Source: Balanoglossus misakiensis
Taxonomy: Eukaryota > Animalia > Hemichordata
Assembly (NCBI GenBank): GCA_040954595.2
Contig: CM082593.2
Span: 3,179,434-3,243,433, forward strand
Length of the DNA: 64,000 bases
Reading direction: 5' to 3'
Position 1 is the stretch's first letter. Every line of letters begins with the position of its first letter. Shown here in pieces: positions 24,387 through 39,200 of the stretch. The notes beneath the pieces were generated by a model. It was not told where the DNA came from. It did not search any database and saw only the letters and a program-made list of their open reading frames with translations. The translations under genes were made by a program, and so were the position numbers.

Positions 24387-24490
24387 GTTTCCATGGCGGA
24401 CACCAGCGCACGGAAAGTTCCATTGGAAACAAATAAAAACTGCCTGGTCCAAAGTAGAGAATGCTTCTTATACATGGTTACCATGGGAAC
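24387..24490. promoter_or_regulatory. Cluster of three RFX X-box motifs
   Basis: GTTTCCATGGCGGAC (24387), GTTCCATTGGAAAC (24417), GTTACCATGGGAAC (24477) versus X-box consensus GTTNCCATGGNAAC. Confidence 0.55.
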
Positions 24491-27400
24491 TGAAATGGCG
24501 CGCAGATATTTCGTGGTCATGCCTGTGAGGGGTTTCTCGCTTCAAGAATGCATGGATATGTCACATTAAATTTTTGATTGTACATATATTTTGAATATGA
24601 AAAGCTTTCCTTACGTCAGCCAAGCCTGCAGAGCGGTGCACGATGGGAACGTAACGCGCTCAATACTGACAGCAGGACTATGCTCCTGGATTTTGATTTC
24701 AATGCTGCTCTTTTCAGCTGACACGTAGAAGAATTAAACTTAGAGAGTCATGCTGGCCTTCTCTCCTTCTGCTATTGAATTCTACACAAGCGCCGTTGTC
24801 AGAAAATGTAACAGAACTCCAAAAGACTCCTATTCATGCAGACAAATCGAACACAAAGCAAAACAGCTTCGGCACCTGATGGCTTTTTGAATTCCAAGCA
24901 CGTAAAGGTCTTAATCTATTCATGTCGATGATTACACCACTCAGATGATTAAATAGAACAAGACATAAATACGGATGATGCTTTCCAGTGGAGCGTTCGA
25001 GGAAGAGCGATTTTGATAAATGACTGCGCAAGAAGTGACATCTGATACCGCCGTGGCAGCGTCACCACAGACGCTAACGAGGAACGTTTTGAAATGACAC
25101 GCTTTTGACAAAGGAAAACAAAAGAGTTCTTGGAACGTGAAATTTCCAAGCATGAGAGAGGAAAGCTTTATTCCTGCGTGTTGTTGGTATACATTTATCG
25201 CTTTGGTGTATAAAGAATGTAAACGCTCGGATCTATGTACAATGAAGACGTTCTTATTGCATTATAAATCACAATTCAGTAACAAATACTCGTATGACGT
25301 ATACTGTACCGGCGCGATGTATCACGTACAGACAAGTGCACACTGTTTATGTGTTATTTCCAGTCAATGTGACAATCGGTTTGCCAATCTTAGAAAATAA
25401 AATGAATCGTTTTGATTGGCTGTGAGTCATGTGTTACGGGACCGTGAAGCGGCTGGTCGGACTGAATGACATTTTTGCAAGTACATGCGCCTCTATATTT
25501 TGTAACGTTTATGTCGGCATTAATTACCGGCATTTACAGTTTTCAAGTGTGGGAACTGGATGTGTTGGCGGGTCTTTTTTTTGTTTGATTCTAAAGGCCA
25601 GCCGGCTCACTTGACACTCAACAGTAGATTTCGCGGTATCCTACTTAAAGTCCCCGCTACATCGCCGTTAATCCTGGGGATCATGTCGGTGAGTTACGGC
25701 ACCTTGTTTTGGAGGCGCGGCAGCAGATCGTAAATGCGGAAGCAGCCCAAAGCTGCTCTTTCCCGCTCAAACACGCACAACACGTACGATCTTTCGCAAA
25801 TTGAATTGCCTTAATCAATCATCTTGGCATACAACTTTGAGTGAGTGCTTAGCGTACAAGAAAAGCAAGTTTGTCAGCCCCAAACCGACTCAGCTTAAAT
25901 AACATGCAGAGTGATTTACACATTGCGGCCTTTTGACCGGAAACTGTTACATTACAAGAGGGCTGGCGTCCGACATTGGTAGCAGAGCAGAGATGATTGA
26001 CATAGTGTACAACAAGCAGAATGATATGTTTCAATGTGTATTACGCCATGCAAAATTAATATGGCGTTTTCTACCTTCTGAAGCAACTTTGCCTTTGGTT
26101 TTTGAGGCGGGCCATGTATGCGCATATGCCACAGGGAAGAATCTTACGTAACAACAAAGAACCGTTATTGTAGCTTCCATTTAACTTAATTTACACAACC
26201 GCATATTTGAATAATTCAATTACCACTTGTCACACGCTCTCTGTGTCTAGTACCCACGTTGTCATTGGTGCGTATTTCACCACATTTGTGGCACGAGCCT
26301 ATCACAGAGCCGCTTTGCTCAACCCCCGAACTCCAATGATTAACTAAGAGCCAGTCAATTGATAACGCATTCATGTCGGCCACAAGAGAACAATTTACTG
26401 GATTACTGCAAAGTGAGCTCTCTTAAAATTAAACCCCGGAAAACACCACTGGAATATTCAAACTGAACAACTGTAAGGAGGGATTATTTAGTTTAATGAC
26501 ACAAATTTATGGCGCAGTAAATTCCACGATATCCTAAAACGAAGATTTGCTTTAATAGCGGCGTTCAAACTCCGGTTCACGATCGGACTTTGGCGCCAAT
26601 AATTTCGTTTCCACACGTAGAAGGTCACCATGCACGTATACAATTTCATAAAAATAAATATAATGACTAAAAATACTAGCGATGGCGGCTACAACCACGA
26701 ATCCATTTTACTATCATGAGATACTCCACAATATAGACCCGGCCAAATAATTTTCACCGTGTCAAACATTGGCACTTTCTTCGAGAATCCTAGATCAGCA
26801 TATATTTAAGGCACCATCTACAATAGCTTGCTCTCTTCTATAGTTGATCTGCGATCGCAGAGACACAATTCCTGCCTAACTGATGTCAATGACCTTTTGA
26901 CATTTCATGAAATGTCGAATCGATCTAAAATGTCTAATCTGGTTCATGATATTTCCATGTTTGCAAATCAATCCGTTAATGTCATCATCGGTTTCCGTTC
27001 AACTTTACATCTCATATACAGACTGTATTTAATGATGATTTGACGTTTGATTTTTTTTTATTTTGATCGCTTGATGTATAGCGATCGAAAAAATCAAACG
27101 ATGACAACGTTGGTGGCTCGTACATGGCTATATGTCTCATTCGTTCATTCAATTGGGCGCTGGCGCTCCGGTAAAGGTCACATTGTCCTGTTACTTGCCG
27201 AATGACAAGTTGAGAAAAATGTGTTTTGAGAATCCCGTGAGGAAATATTTTATGATAAATTATGGACCTCGATTAATCATATATAAATAGATTGATTTCC
27301 CGTTGTCAAATTTGCAACAACAAGAAGTATGCCTGTTAAGTCAAGGGTCACCCTGTAGTAAACGTAACAATAAAATTCTGCAAGACGTATGGTAACAAGT

Positions 27401-30400
27401 AGACTGACGTAGACATGAAAAGTGCATCACCCGCCTTTAAATAGTCCGGCGAATTTCTTATCTTAAAAGTGCGCTTTTCCTGGGCGGACTCGACTCTACG
27501 ACGAACACCCGGCTCCCACTCTGATCAAGTGCGATACCGTGATGTTGCAGTTGTAACGTGACGTCACCTCCCCCGCGGCCATTACCGCATTCGTCACTGT
27601 CTCTCCAACCACGGAAACCTTGATTGCCTTTTCTGTTCCATCACTTTCGCCGACGCGGCGCTGGCTGAGCGCTTCTCTTGTCATGTATCGCTATATCTGG
27701 CTTTCTTGACAAGTAACACATGTTCTCTTGTTCAATCGACGAGAAAAAGAAGACGATGAAAACGCAAGCACACAAACTCCTACGCCTTCATTCCCGTTCA
27801 ACCACAGCCGTTTCAAGCCGAGAAATATACAGCTTTTCTGGTTAGATTCTTTGAGATTTTCTTCTAGCGTGAAAGGTTAATGTCGCTTTCCTAAGTTGTC
27901 ACTCGAGGCTACGACCTACGCGTTACCATCGCCCACCAAACATCAAATGCAACATATCTCCTCCGGTGTGCCAACAAAGACATCGGTGAAACATATTGAA
28001 CAAGTACATGTGTACTTCTGATTTCATTGATCTTTTTGAACCCCCGAATACCGGTCTTTTGTACGTGGTTTGCTGTGTCGGAACAGCGCATACACACCAA
28101 GAGGAAATCAGCATTTTTGTTCTAAAGTGGCGTTTATACTCCATAACGGTATTGACGCCGGTGGGGACGTGTTCCTCTTTAATGTGTACAGTTCATTTGC
28201 TATTTTGCCGCGGTAGCTATTTCAGCAAAATGACGCGAATGAAATGTCGGCAAATAGCACCAGGCACAGACTCGTGGTGTTTATGTTCATTGAATCGTGT
28301 AATACACAACATTGGGATTGTTTTTTCATAACTCGCCATCGACATTGCGAATGGGAAAACGAGTTCTCGAGGAATAGGGGTACCTTGCCAGTGACAGAGC
28401 CTGCATGGTGAACTGCATTGACGTACTTTTGACGGAAATATGACCGATTATTTTAAGTACCTTTCAAAAGGACACCTGTAAATTACCAGTCTATTTATTC
28501 CCAAGATACGTAACTTAGGCTACACACACGTACAGACGGTGCATATTTTCCATGCGATATTTGCTTTATACGCCACAACGTTATGTTCAAATAACTCGAA
28601 GATTCTTCTAATTTCGGAATTTCGAACTAACGCTCCGATAAGACTACTTTCATAAACATTAAACCTATTTAGAAATAGTTTGGTTTCGGGAGAAACTAGT
28701 CTCGCAATAACCAGAGCGACGTGTACATTTTGTACATTAAAATGCTAAGAGCGTCAACATCAAGGTCGGCTGTTAAAAATCGAATTTCGCGATCAGATGG
28801 ATTTCTCCCACTGGAACTTCAGCCAATGAATGCTTAGTTACATACGGTTTTATGGACGTCGTTGAAACACTTCTGGAGGCTGTATTTGGTGGTGAGGGGA
28901 CGGCTACCAAGTGTTAGGTACAAAAAATAAACTACTAACCTGTGTTGTTTGTAGGCGAGCAAGAAATTATCGCTTCAGCGCACAAATTTTGGCCACCGCG
29001 TCTTCAAGTTTCGAAGAGACGTTCCCTGCACGGATGCTTTATAAGCGAACACTCCTACACGAATCAATTTTACTAAAAAAGAAGAAAAAGCTGCCCACGC
29101 ATGCGCTAAGTCATGTATCGCCTTAATATGGACCAGGTGCAATTACGCGAAACTCGTTGACTGGGGGCTGCATCGCGCAACATTAGCGGGACTGCAGTGC
29201 GCATGCCCTAGACAGGTATCTCGCGATAAAGTGATTATCAGCTTTTTAGAAGGTGTAGGAAGGTTCATTTTTAAAATTTGGGGATAATTGCCAGAACGAT
29301 CATGCAGAAATTAGTGAGAAAATGAGATTTTCTTAGGTAATCAACATCCGCTTGCCCGAATTATGAAAATTCGATTTCTCAGAATAAGCTTAATCATGAT
29401 GAAGTTCAGTGCAGCCCAAATCAACGGACAAACTAGCATGTTCAAAATCAAGATGGAAAGGGAGAATTCTCGAGTCACTCTTGTGCTGATAATTGTAAGT
29501 GTTCATTATTCTAATTGCATGATGGTAAAGAAAAATCCCGGGAGGTTTTAGTCAGCAATGGTCCAAGATGTGTATCGCCTTCTGTGACAAGTCTTGGCGG
29601 TTGTCAATCTTATATCAGTTTTAAAAAATCTAAAATACAATTCTTCCTTCTTCGATTAATATCTAAGCCTACTACAGTTATCGCAAGCAACCGTAAAATA
29701 ATAAACCGCAGTACTCAGCAGAGAGCTGCTTCGTGCGAGCCCCTTTTGTACATTTGATGTCAAAATGTTGCAGCGGGAATTGCTGCTTGGTTGAGAGATG
29801 CCAAGATAGATATTTGGTCGAATTTTTACAATACTAGAGGGGAATATTACATTAGCAGCGGAGGCGTCTGACTAATTGCCGGCAGAAGATAAGCAAATGC
29901 CAGGGGGACACGGGCACGGTTAAACGGTTTAAGCTTGCTTCATTTAATTAACAGGATCTGGAAAACATTGGGGATTCTGTCCGTAACCGCGGCGACTCTT
30001 CTTGAGGGCGCAAAACGCGACCGAGAAAAAGAATCGACGTGAATCCTGATCCGCAGTGATGTTTAGAAAGCACATAATTTTAATGAAATTGTAAATTCGC
30101 GATGGCTGCTTCCTCTGTGGTGATTGGAAGGTCATCTTTTAAACGCCCCGAAGAGAGTTGCAACGATAGGTGCGCGGGTTACCGCGGCTGAGTGAGCCGC
30201 ACGAACCCAATTATGAAAGGTAAATTTTTCAGTAAAGTCCCGCTCCCTTTCAATTAACCGTCTCGCAGTAAATGTACAATCGCAGAGGGGATTCCAAGGT
30301 ACTATCTCTGGTGACAGTTTATGCGTGTCTGCGAAATACCTGAACAGAGCGGCGCAGCTCCATCGTGGCTGCAAACCGCTAATGTCGACTGTCAGTCAAC

Positions 30401-33400
30401 GCTTGACTCATAAATCTACATGTAGAATCAAAACATAGATCAGACCTGTTCGATTTTGGTATTTCATCATAGATTTTACTGTACACATTATTTTAATAAC
30501 TTTTTTTCTGAAAATATATCCCGAGGCGTGTGCTACCTTAACACTCGAAGCACGCGGCTGGTATTTTTTTTTACAGTCGCAGGTTTCGTTCTGTATTCGC
30601 TCCGTTTATTATTAGTGATGTTCGTGTCTGCATCGCTGCAGTCTCGATGGCGTCTCAGACAGGGACGTTGGAGGATTCATTAAAGAATTATACACTAAAC
30701 CGCACTTTAATTAAGCTGCTTGAAATTGTATTTATGCAAATTCCGCGCTGTTCCCCATTCAAGGTTTCCGATCAAGCGAAATATTCGACGCCTTCAGTGA
30801 TCAATAATCTGCTCAAGACGGTTTAACTTCTAGTAGTGCATAGTTACGTGTCGATGTTTAAAATTTATCAAAAGCCACGCATCCAACTGACTAATTGAAC
30901 TTCTACTAGAAAGAAACTGTCCGAAAAGACACCTTTTAGAACCTTAGCAAAATAACTGAAATTTATTTTTATTCTTTCAGGTAAATCACACTCAAATTTG
31001 ATTGGCACATTCGGGGAAATTTTACTCTCGCTTTTATGATAAAAATATAAGTGTTGCACATTTCTGATAATAAATAGACTCGGTGACATGTCAGGCCCAA
31101 GGGTAAAAGCTTCTTTTTATGCGCGCAAACGACAAGGCTCTTCATAAAGAATGGGAAGGAAAAGTCAATTTCCGGTTAAGCACTCGGATGAAATGAACAG
31201 GAGACCATAACTCTTGATTTGATTTCCTGCTGAAATGTACAACAGTCACAGCTCCACAAGATGGAAACACAATGGAAATTCAGAGCGTCCTGGGCATATC
31301 GAGTGTCCAACCACTTAACACGTCAATTTATTATCTTGAATACTCTCGAATATATCGGAATGTTCATTGTAATCGACCTCTAGTGCCTATACACTCGCGG
31401 TTTGCCGCTACTGTTCCGTCCGGCGCTTGTTCGTATTTGAGACCGCGGTATAGTTGCCTGCCTTACATAGTTTTAAACTGGTTCTTAGTTGAACATATAG
31501 TATAGGTACGTCTTCGATTTTATGTCTCGTGTATTCGCTGCTCAAAGCGATGACCAAGGTTTTTTCAGACTCTTGGAAATGACATCGACCGCTACAAAGC
31601 ACACACACACAGTAATGTTTAAAGTGCTGAAATTGATCTGAAGTAAAACACCTTCAACACACCCCGTTGATAAGTACGCGATAAGCAGCCTATCCACTGA
31701 TGTCTTTAGATCTACCGATGCACTACATTAATCTTCTTCGTTCAGCCGGGGGACATATTGTTCCTTAAAGTGGTTAAAGTTTTGATTTACAATTATTTAC
31801 GTATGAATTTTCGCCCCGTTAATGACACATCACTCATTTCACGCTGTAGACTATGTATAAGGTCTGCTGAGACCCAATTTATCACATCTGCGTCTTGCGC
31901 GGGAAACGCCATTTTACACACCGTTTCTGCTCGTTCACTTGCCCTGCAGATGTCTTCACAGCGTAGTTTGCAAGGTTGACACAAAAATATCTACTGCGCT
32001 CAGATGACCAATAATGTTACAGCTAATTACTGTTTGACCTACCGAACGACTGATTGATTGATTGATTGTTAGGTTGATTGATTGATTGAATATGTAGATG
32101 TATGTTACAGTACTGAGCCGTTCAAAACTTTTCAGGAATACTTGTATTCAGGCACCGTTCGCAGGAGTGCCTTATTATGACATAATGAACGCAGAATTAT
32201 TTGATAACGTATTCGTAGCAAGCCTTTGAGTGCCTTCGAATGAATGAACGACAGAGTAGCATTTATATTTGGAGATATCAAACAGGAAGAGATGCTCATT
32301 TCGATATTTGTGCATCCATTCTCTGAGACTATTAAGTCTAACGAAACACGCAGCGTCAGTCAGACCGGGAGTTCACGACACCGGTTGGAGTCGGTCAACT
32401 CGCGTGAGATTCCAATTAATGCTATTTGATTAGCTCACGGGGTCCCTTTCATTTGCCCCGGGGTCGTCTACCCCAACAGTGAATAAAACGACAACTTTTT
32501 CCAGCAGTATGACGTCACTGAGCATTAGAAAAAACGGAAGAGGGCAATTTCGTCCGATGATAGAGATCTTGCGTGCATTATCAGTACAAAAGATTTCTCC
32601 CCGTTGAGGGGCATTTCACACTCCTCTATTGAAACCTGGCAGTCAATTTTCCAAAGTGTTTTGAGAGACGAGACATCAACTCGTGGATCATTTTAATTTG
32701 AACGCTCAACGTTTATACAAATTAGCACCCCGTGTCTGGGTCTCTATTTATTTCACCCGCGAGAGTTGTACGTGTCCCCTGGCGTGGAAATTAGTCCGTG
32801 CAACAGAACAGCATTTCCTATAAACGACCTTTCATTCACATTGGGTCTAAAACTATGGCATATCAATTTTCATGAACAAATGATGTTTGCTGGTCTGCGC
32901 AACAAACATTTGCAGGAGTACGTACCCTAACACACAGGTACCATGTCCATTTTAAGGTCACATGAATTACATCAGTGAGTATGATTTGACATATAATAAA
33001 ACGAATATGATAAATAATTTTATTTTTATGTATTTAGCCATTCATTTCCGACTGTACATATATTGCTTTCTCTGTTTTATATCTCTAATTTAGGTGTTCA
33101 AGTCTGTTGCGATATTTCCAATGTATGTCATGGTTCCCTAAGTCATGTATGTGGCTAGCTCGCACACACAAACCACAGATGTCATTTTAGTACGACAAGT
33201 GCCGCAGGCTTCGTCGGCGCTTTCTCTCTCGGGCACGCAACTGAAAAATCGCCGCCAGTGAAGGACCTACTTACGATTCAGGTGGTACTCGTAATCAGCG
33301 GCAAAATTAAATGACGTCTTTGAGTTATGAGTAGACACAATTTCTCGCATAATTTTAATAACTATGACCTTCCATTAAGATACGTCAACAACAAAGTACA

Positions 33401-36134
33401 CTGAAACTCATTTGCATAAATGTTGAACTTATTTGCATAAATTTTGAGCGTTCAAGGTAAAACTCCCCGAAAATCATATGTCTTTTCTCACAAACACTTT
33501 GGAATTCCTTCCACATTTAAACACATGGAAATGGGATTCGACTAAACTTTATTATTTAAGACTGCTTGTGAGAAAAGCAAATGCACCACTCGAAAGTGAT
33601 TTAAGACCATCATTCCGTGGCTCAAATGTTTCATTAAATTGTTGGCGAACTGACATGCAGACGAATGCATGGTCATACGTTGTTGCCTAAATCACAGAGG
33701 AGAAAGTTTACGCACTTGGAGAACCAAAACGAATGGACGGAAAACCATCATATAAATCATACTCGCTGTAATATCATGTCGTTAAATGGACTCTCCTTGT
33801 AATTCTGGGATGTATCGTGATTTTCTTATTGTCTGACTATGATTTAAGTAAGACTAAGTGTTACATCTTTTTTTCTATTAAAATAACAGGAGAGATTGGT
33901 TGCCATAAGCTGAACTTAGTTGACCCCCACTACTGATCCAGTGGAACCCTTTTAAGAAGAGGTTTAGGTCTGCATCGATCCGAGGTAAATCTTCATCCAA
34001 GCCATTAAATAAGAAGAAGAGCCACAGTCGCAATCGAAAGTAGGGGCGCCGAAGACCTAGAGTTGCTACTTTGGAAGAGGGGATAATAGAATGGCGTGCT
34101 TCACGTGTCATTCACGTATCAAATTGAGTGTGGAGATGTCTTGAGAAAAAAAACTAATAAGTTTGTTTATTTAAAAGTACAAGTAGGGCAGCCAAGTATG
34201 GCAGAACATGTGCTTCGACGCGACATGCTATGAAGCGAAATGTGGACATTAACAATGTCGCGTGTATACTGTGTAAACCAATAACACAAGATAGGCAGAT
34301 ACTTAAACAAAATGTTACATGTTAACATCGTCTAATATGTAAATTCGATTCGTATCTACTCCCAAGAACGAATATCGAGCAAACTAACGTGTACTTTGTT
34401 TTACTTCAACGATACCCTTCATTGAGTTTTTGTTTTGGTCGAGTGAGACATACAGGAGGCATGGAGTCACCTCTTGACATTGTTATTTAGATAAGTTGCC
34501 CAGTATTAGATGGCTTTGGGATGAAAGATCGATTTTAGCATTAGTTCCCCACCACAGTCATTGTAGTCACCACCGACATCTACGGTTATCAACATGTCTT
34601 TTACAGTATTTACCTTTTAATTTGGCAAGGCCAGCCCTTGTGATACACAAAGGTGGAATGCCCCAGTATGCTATTTGGTGGACCGAACCGTCTTTAAGCA
34701 AGCTAATCTCGCAAGACTGCATTAAACCCATTTGCATCATTTCCTGTGCATGGACACGCGGAAGTATAATTGTGCGAATTATCTAGAAGTCGGCGTAATT
34801 ACACAACCCACGTATACCTAGTTATCTGTGTTTGCAAACGATAAAGTCAGGATTCCTGTCTTGGAATGCTGGAATAGCCTCGTTTAGAAAGGATCTATTT
34901 CTGATATCATGCAAATGGATCTAATAATAGACAAAATAGTCGACACTGACTTCTTGACCGATACACATTCACGTGATTGAAGCACGCCCATAATAATTGC
35001 GAAATCTTACTTATTGATCAGATTATGTATCTGTGGAACAGACGCAAAATACCAAAGCTAATTGTTATATCCAGCTGTGCTGCCAGAGGTCTGTCTTGAT
35101 AAACGTTGATTCAAAGTCTCAAATAATTGCTAAATTAGCGATTAAAATTAAAACACATGAGCTTGCATGGATTTGAGTGACTCATAATAATCTTCGAGAG
35201 AGAACGCCATTTTGGAGCCAATAAAGACGAGAAATTGAATTACAGTCATTTAGCAGATAAGAATAAACATTTTCGGCGCACGTCACTGAGTGCCATAATG
35301 TTACTGATGTGTGCAGATATGAACATGATGAGACGTAGCTGGGAAATTAACCCACCGAGTGGAACGATTCCAATAAGCGTCGGTGGAGCAGACGTGAATA
35401 GGGCTTAAAATTTAACAGGAGTCTCAGATGGCAAGGTGGCGGCGAATCCAGCCCTAATTAATCAACATTCACGGCACGTGAATGCGCGCGGCGCTTGTGA
35501 GTGTAAGCGACCGAGACAGAAGGAGCATCGTCCGTTTTAATAGAACTAATATGAAATGAACGGTTTCCAACCCCGTCAATGCTTTAAAGTCAGAAATGCT
35601 TTGTCATCACAAAGCCGAGTTCAAGTCAACATCTGCGATCCGATTGACCATCGCCACCTATTGTGTGCGTTGGCAAAGTAACTTGAAAGTAGGGAGATTT
35701 GTTGCAGTAACAAGCTCCACACAAGCTGCACCGGTAGGGAAAAAATGCCACTGAAGGCAGACTCAGCTCGGAACACAGGTGTTTTCCTCATCAATAATGC
35801 CCCACCATTACGGCCTAATTGGTCTCCCAGGAAACCGCACGCAAAATGATGGTAACACACTTTTCTATATTGATATTTAAGTATCAGTTTCCCAAGATTG
35901 CCTTTCGCTGTAGATGTGCTTTAAACATATAGATTTAATTTCAAATTGTTTTTAGCGGGCAACCCCGCCATTAGGTAATCACATATTTTATGTTTAATGC
36001 CAACAACGTTTTAGCAACGATTGGGTTTCCGTAATTAAGCAAATATCACTCGCTTCTTGCAACGTGGTCTCCATGACCCCCGTATTTGTAACTGGTAGGC
36101 GAACAAAGCCCGATTCCGGGAACTGAGTGGTCCT

Positions 36135-36219
36135 CACGTGATCCATCACGCTAATGACGTCATAACGCCCCGGAAGTGCGTTGTCGGCCATGAATATGCA
36201 AAGTGGGACCGTGACGTCA
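36135..36219. promoter_or_regulatory. Dense motif cluster (E-box, CRE, ETS, POU-like, CRE): candidate enhancer
   Basis: CACGTG 36135, TGACGTCA 36155, CCGGAAGT 36170, TGAATATGCAAA 36191, TGACGTCA 36212, all within 85 bp. Confidence 0.45.
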
Positions 36220-39200
36220 CAAGTGCTGCACACACAAAATCAACTGAACTGCATTTGTGAAACGATAATGTTAATTTAAATAAAAACAGAAGCTGTGCAA
36301 ACTTTTATTATATCATTCCAGTCAGTATTTAGATAACTTTACCCCATCAGAAATACCTGTTTAAGAATTACGAGTATTACACAATACATACGCTTTAAGT
36401 GCAAATACTCTTCTCTCTTAATAGCATTTGTTTCACAATATTGAAACAGAAAGGCAAACAAGCAACATTTACAATATGGCAAAAGTTGGCATATTGTGTT
36501 CACAGATGGACAGACTTACAGACAGGCGGGCAGACAGCGTTGTCAATCAGCCTCCAAGTTGCACATGCGCAAAGATGGCGCCTATATGTGCTTGCAAGTC
36601 GATGGGATTATTTGGAGCATCAACTCAAATGGTTACGACTATCCCTTTATCGTACTCGTGCAATGAGCGTGAAACTGATTTTGATGCTACAAGAGCTGCC
36701 CGTGTCAGCGTTTACAGTGATTTAACCAGAAGTTTTGATAGTAGAAACGTTGATTACTTGAGAGAAGACAAAACACGACGTCCGCCTGCACTTAGCTGCA
36801 TGCACCACGCTACTTGAATATCTCGCTTTATCAAGATTTAATTTTCCAAGACAGATACTAGTCGGAGATCCAAATGAGTTTCCCGGCGTGAGATGTTATT
36901 CTTGTACGCCACCGAAGACGTACGTGCTGTAATTTGGCGCCAAGATGGTTTCAGGAAATTCTTCAACAGATGCAATAATTTCCACGGTGCACTGATAAAT
37001 GATGTAGTGGACGTTTTATGGACGTGCTGGAATTGCTTTCTTTTTCCTGGAGATTAACTACCGTCTCCCTTTGATAGCTTCTCTAAATTAAACTGTGTCT
37101 GTTACGTCGCGAATTTGAAGCGCTTGAAACAAACTGCGCCGGAGCTCTGAGTCTCCCGCGAAGCACGATTAAATTTACCTTCATCCTAACATCATTTGGG
37201 ATTCCCCGTGTTTAATTTCGGAGCTGCGCTTCGCAGGTTTATATGCCTCCAGTGATATACAACCAAGCACTTGACGCTAAGATAACTGTACTATTATATT
37301 TCCGAGAACTTTTCCCATTACAGGAACACACAATGTCCAGTTTAGAAATGTGTGTTGATGATTGGATACGTGGGTGATAAAGTCGTATATAAACTGATCT
37401 CTGATGGAATACCTACGTAATGATGAAAAAAGTTTCGGCCATATCGACGAGGGCCATAAATGTCCTTTTCTTGACTTAGCAAACTAGTTCTATCTGATGG
37501 GAAGTATTCACTCAGATACGGCAATCCCCGGGTGATTTATCGGGATGCGGCCCAATATATACCCGCCCACTCATTCGGCAATAATTAGCCCCCTCTTCGT
37601 TTACACAATCGCATTATCTCGGAAACGATATCTATTAATATGTTTAATTTTTCCGCTGTTGATCATTTCGATCTTATCATCTCGTCCGAAATTTTCGTGC
37701 ATTAAAAAGGGCACTGGACTGATGTTACGTTGTTCCTATACCACTTGTTTGACCCTAGAACTATAATGAGACACGCGAATATCCCATAATTCAAACTTAC
37801 TGCCGAAATACTTCCGTTTCACGGGATTTATACACGAACCCCATTTTGAATTGGGCGATGGACGTGATGGTAAGATTATAAATCAGCCCTTCTCAATTTA
37901 TCAGCAAAATACTCTCACTGGCCTCATTTATTCCCGCCAAGCATTTGCACTTCTCGAGGATCTCAAATGTTTGAAAATTAAAAGGTCCAAAAGCCTGACC
38001 CCTGTCCGTGATTGCTCACAATTTACTGTCAAAGCCAGCCACACACTGTCAGTCACTTGATTGCCTTATCTCTCTTCTCATCTTATTGCCTACCACGCTT
38101 GGCTGATAACAATATTAAAGCAGCCATCTTTTTTGCATGTTTCCCGCCAACTGTACGCTGAAGTGTCGTTCGCCAACGCATCCTTGCCCTGGCGTCGCCT
38201 ACCGATACAAACTCTAGACTTTACTAGTAAGGGAACAATGTCTGGTGGGATGTGGGGAAGAATCCATGCCCAAAACACGCCACTGATAACTTTTATCTCA
38301 AAGCGAATTTTGTTTTGAGTATTCTGTCTAAAAAACTTGGCGAGTAAAACTTGGCGCGCAGGCTTGTATTTTGTGACGTCATGCACGATCCCTCATGTTA
38401 TCATGATAGCGTAATTTCAGTCCATGTTAATCTAATTGGAGTAAAAAGCTTTCCACTGCGACGTGTTTGCCCTTGCAATCAATGAATTATTTTTTTTTCT
38501 AGAAATATTTGCCATTCAGATCATGAAGAGAATTGCCTCCCTAGTTTACTATTTTTGACCAAGGGCTACTCGAGTCGGTTGACGTTGCAAACATGTTTGG
38601 TCAATCGCGTTTTCGAAACAAATGTTATGAAGATAAAAAGACGTGTTTTCACACATTAACGTGGCAACCATGCAAGTTCAGTACAAAAAGTCAGTATATG
38701 ATGTTGAAAAATGGTTATCATTGTTTGATATATATGAAAGACAGGTGTTCGCGAATTAGGCCTTTATCGCCCTGCTTAAAGGAAATGGTAATCTATACCC
38801 AAATTCGGTATCAGTGTAAAAGGATAACATTCATCTTGAAGTTGAAACTTCCGTTACATGACTTTTGGCAGCCATCATATATATCTCACGGCGCATGTGC
38901 GCTGTCTGTGTCAGAATCATGCCCCGATGATCGAGACTTGACTGCATTCACACCGTGGTCAACGACCCTGCCATTTTAAACGCAAGTGCCAAAAGTCAGC
39001 CACTTGGCAGTCAGCGTACACAATGCGCTTGTTGTCTATTGGGAGCGCCATTATCACCAGATGCACAGCTCGTGGTTGCTATTTTCACAGCTGCGCGCAG
39101 CCGCCGTGATCTGTCCGGTGATGTTGGTGATAATGAGAGACTCAAATCTTTCTTGAGAGAGGCTACGATATTCGATTTGATGCATATACCCTGTGGACCC

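Noticed and set aside
24402-24421. RE1/NRSE-like sequence (CAGCGCACGGAAAGTTCC) upstream of the locus
   Set aside because: Left half-site mismatched and spacing one base short of the 21-bp RE1 consensus; better explained by the flanking X-boxes.
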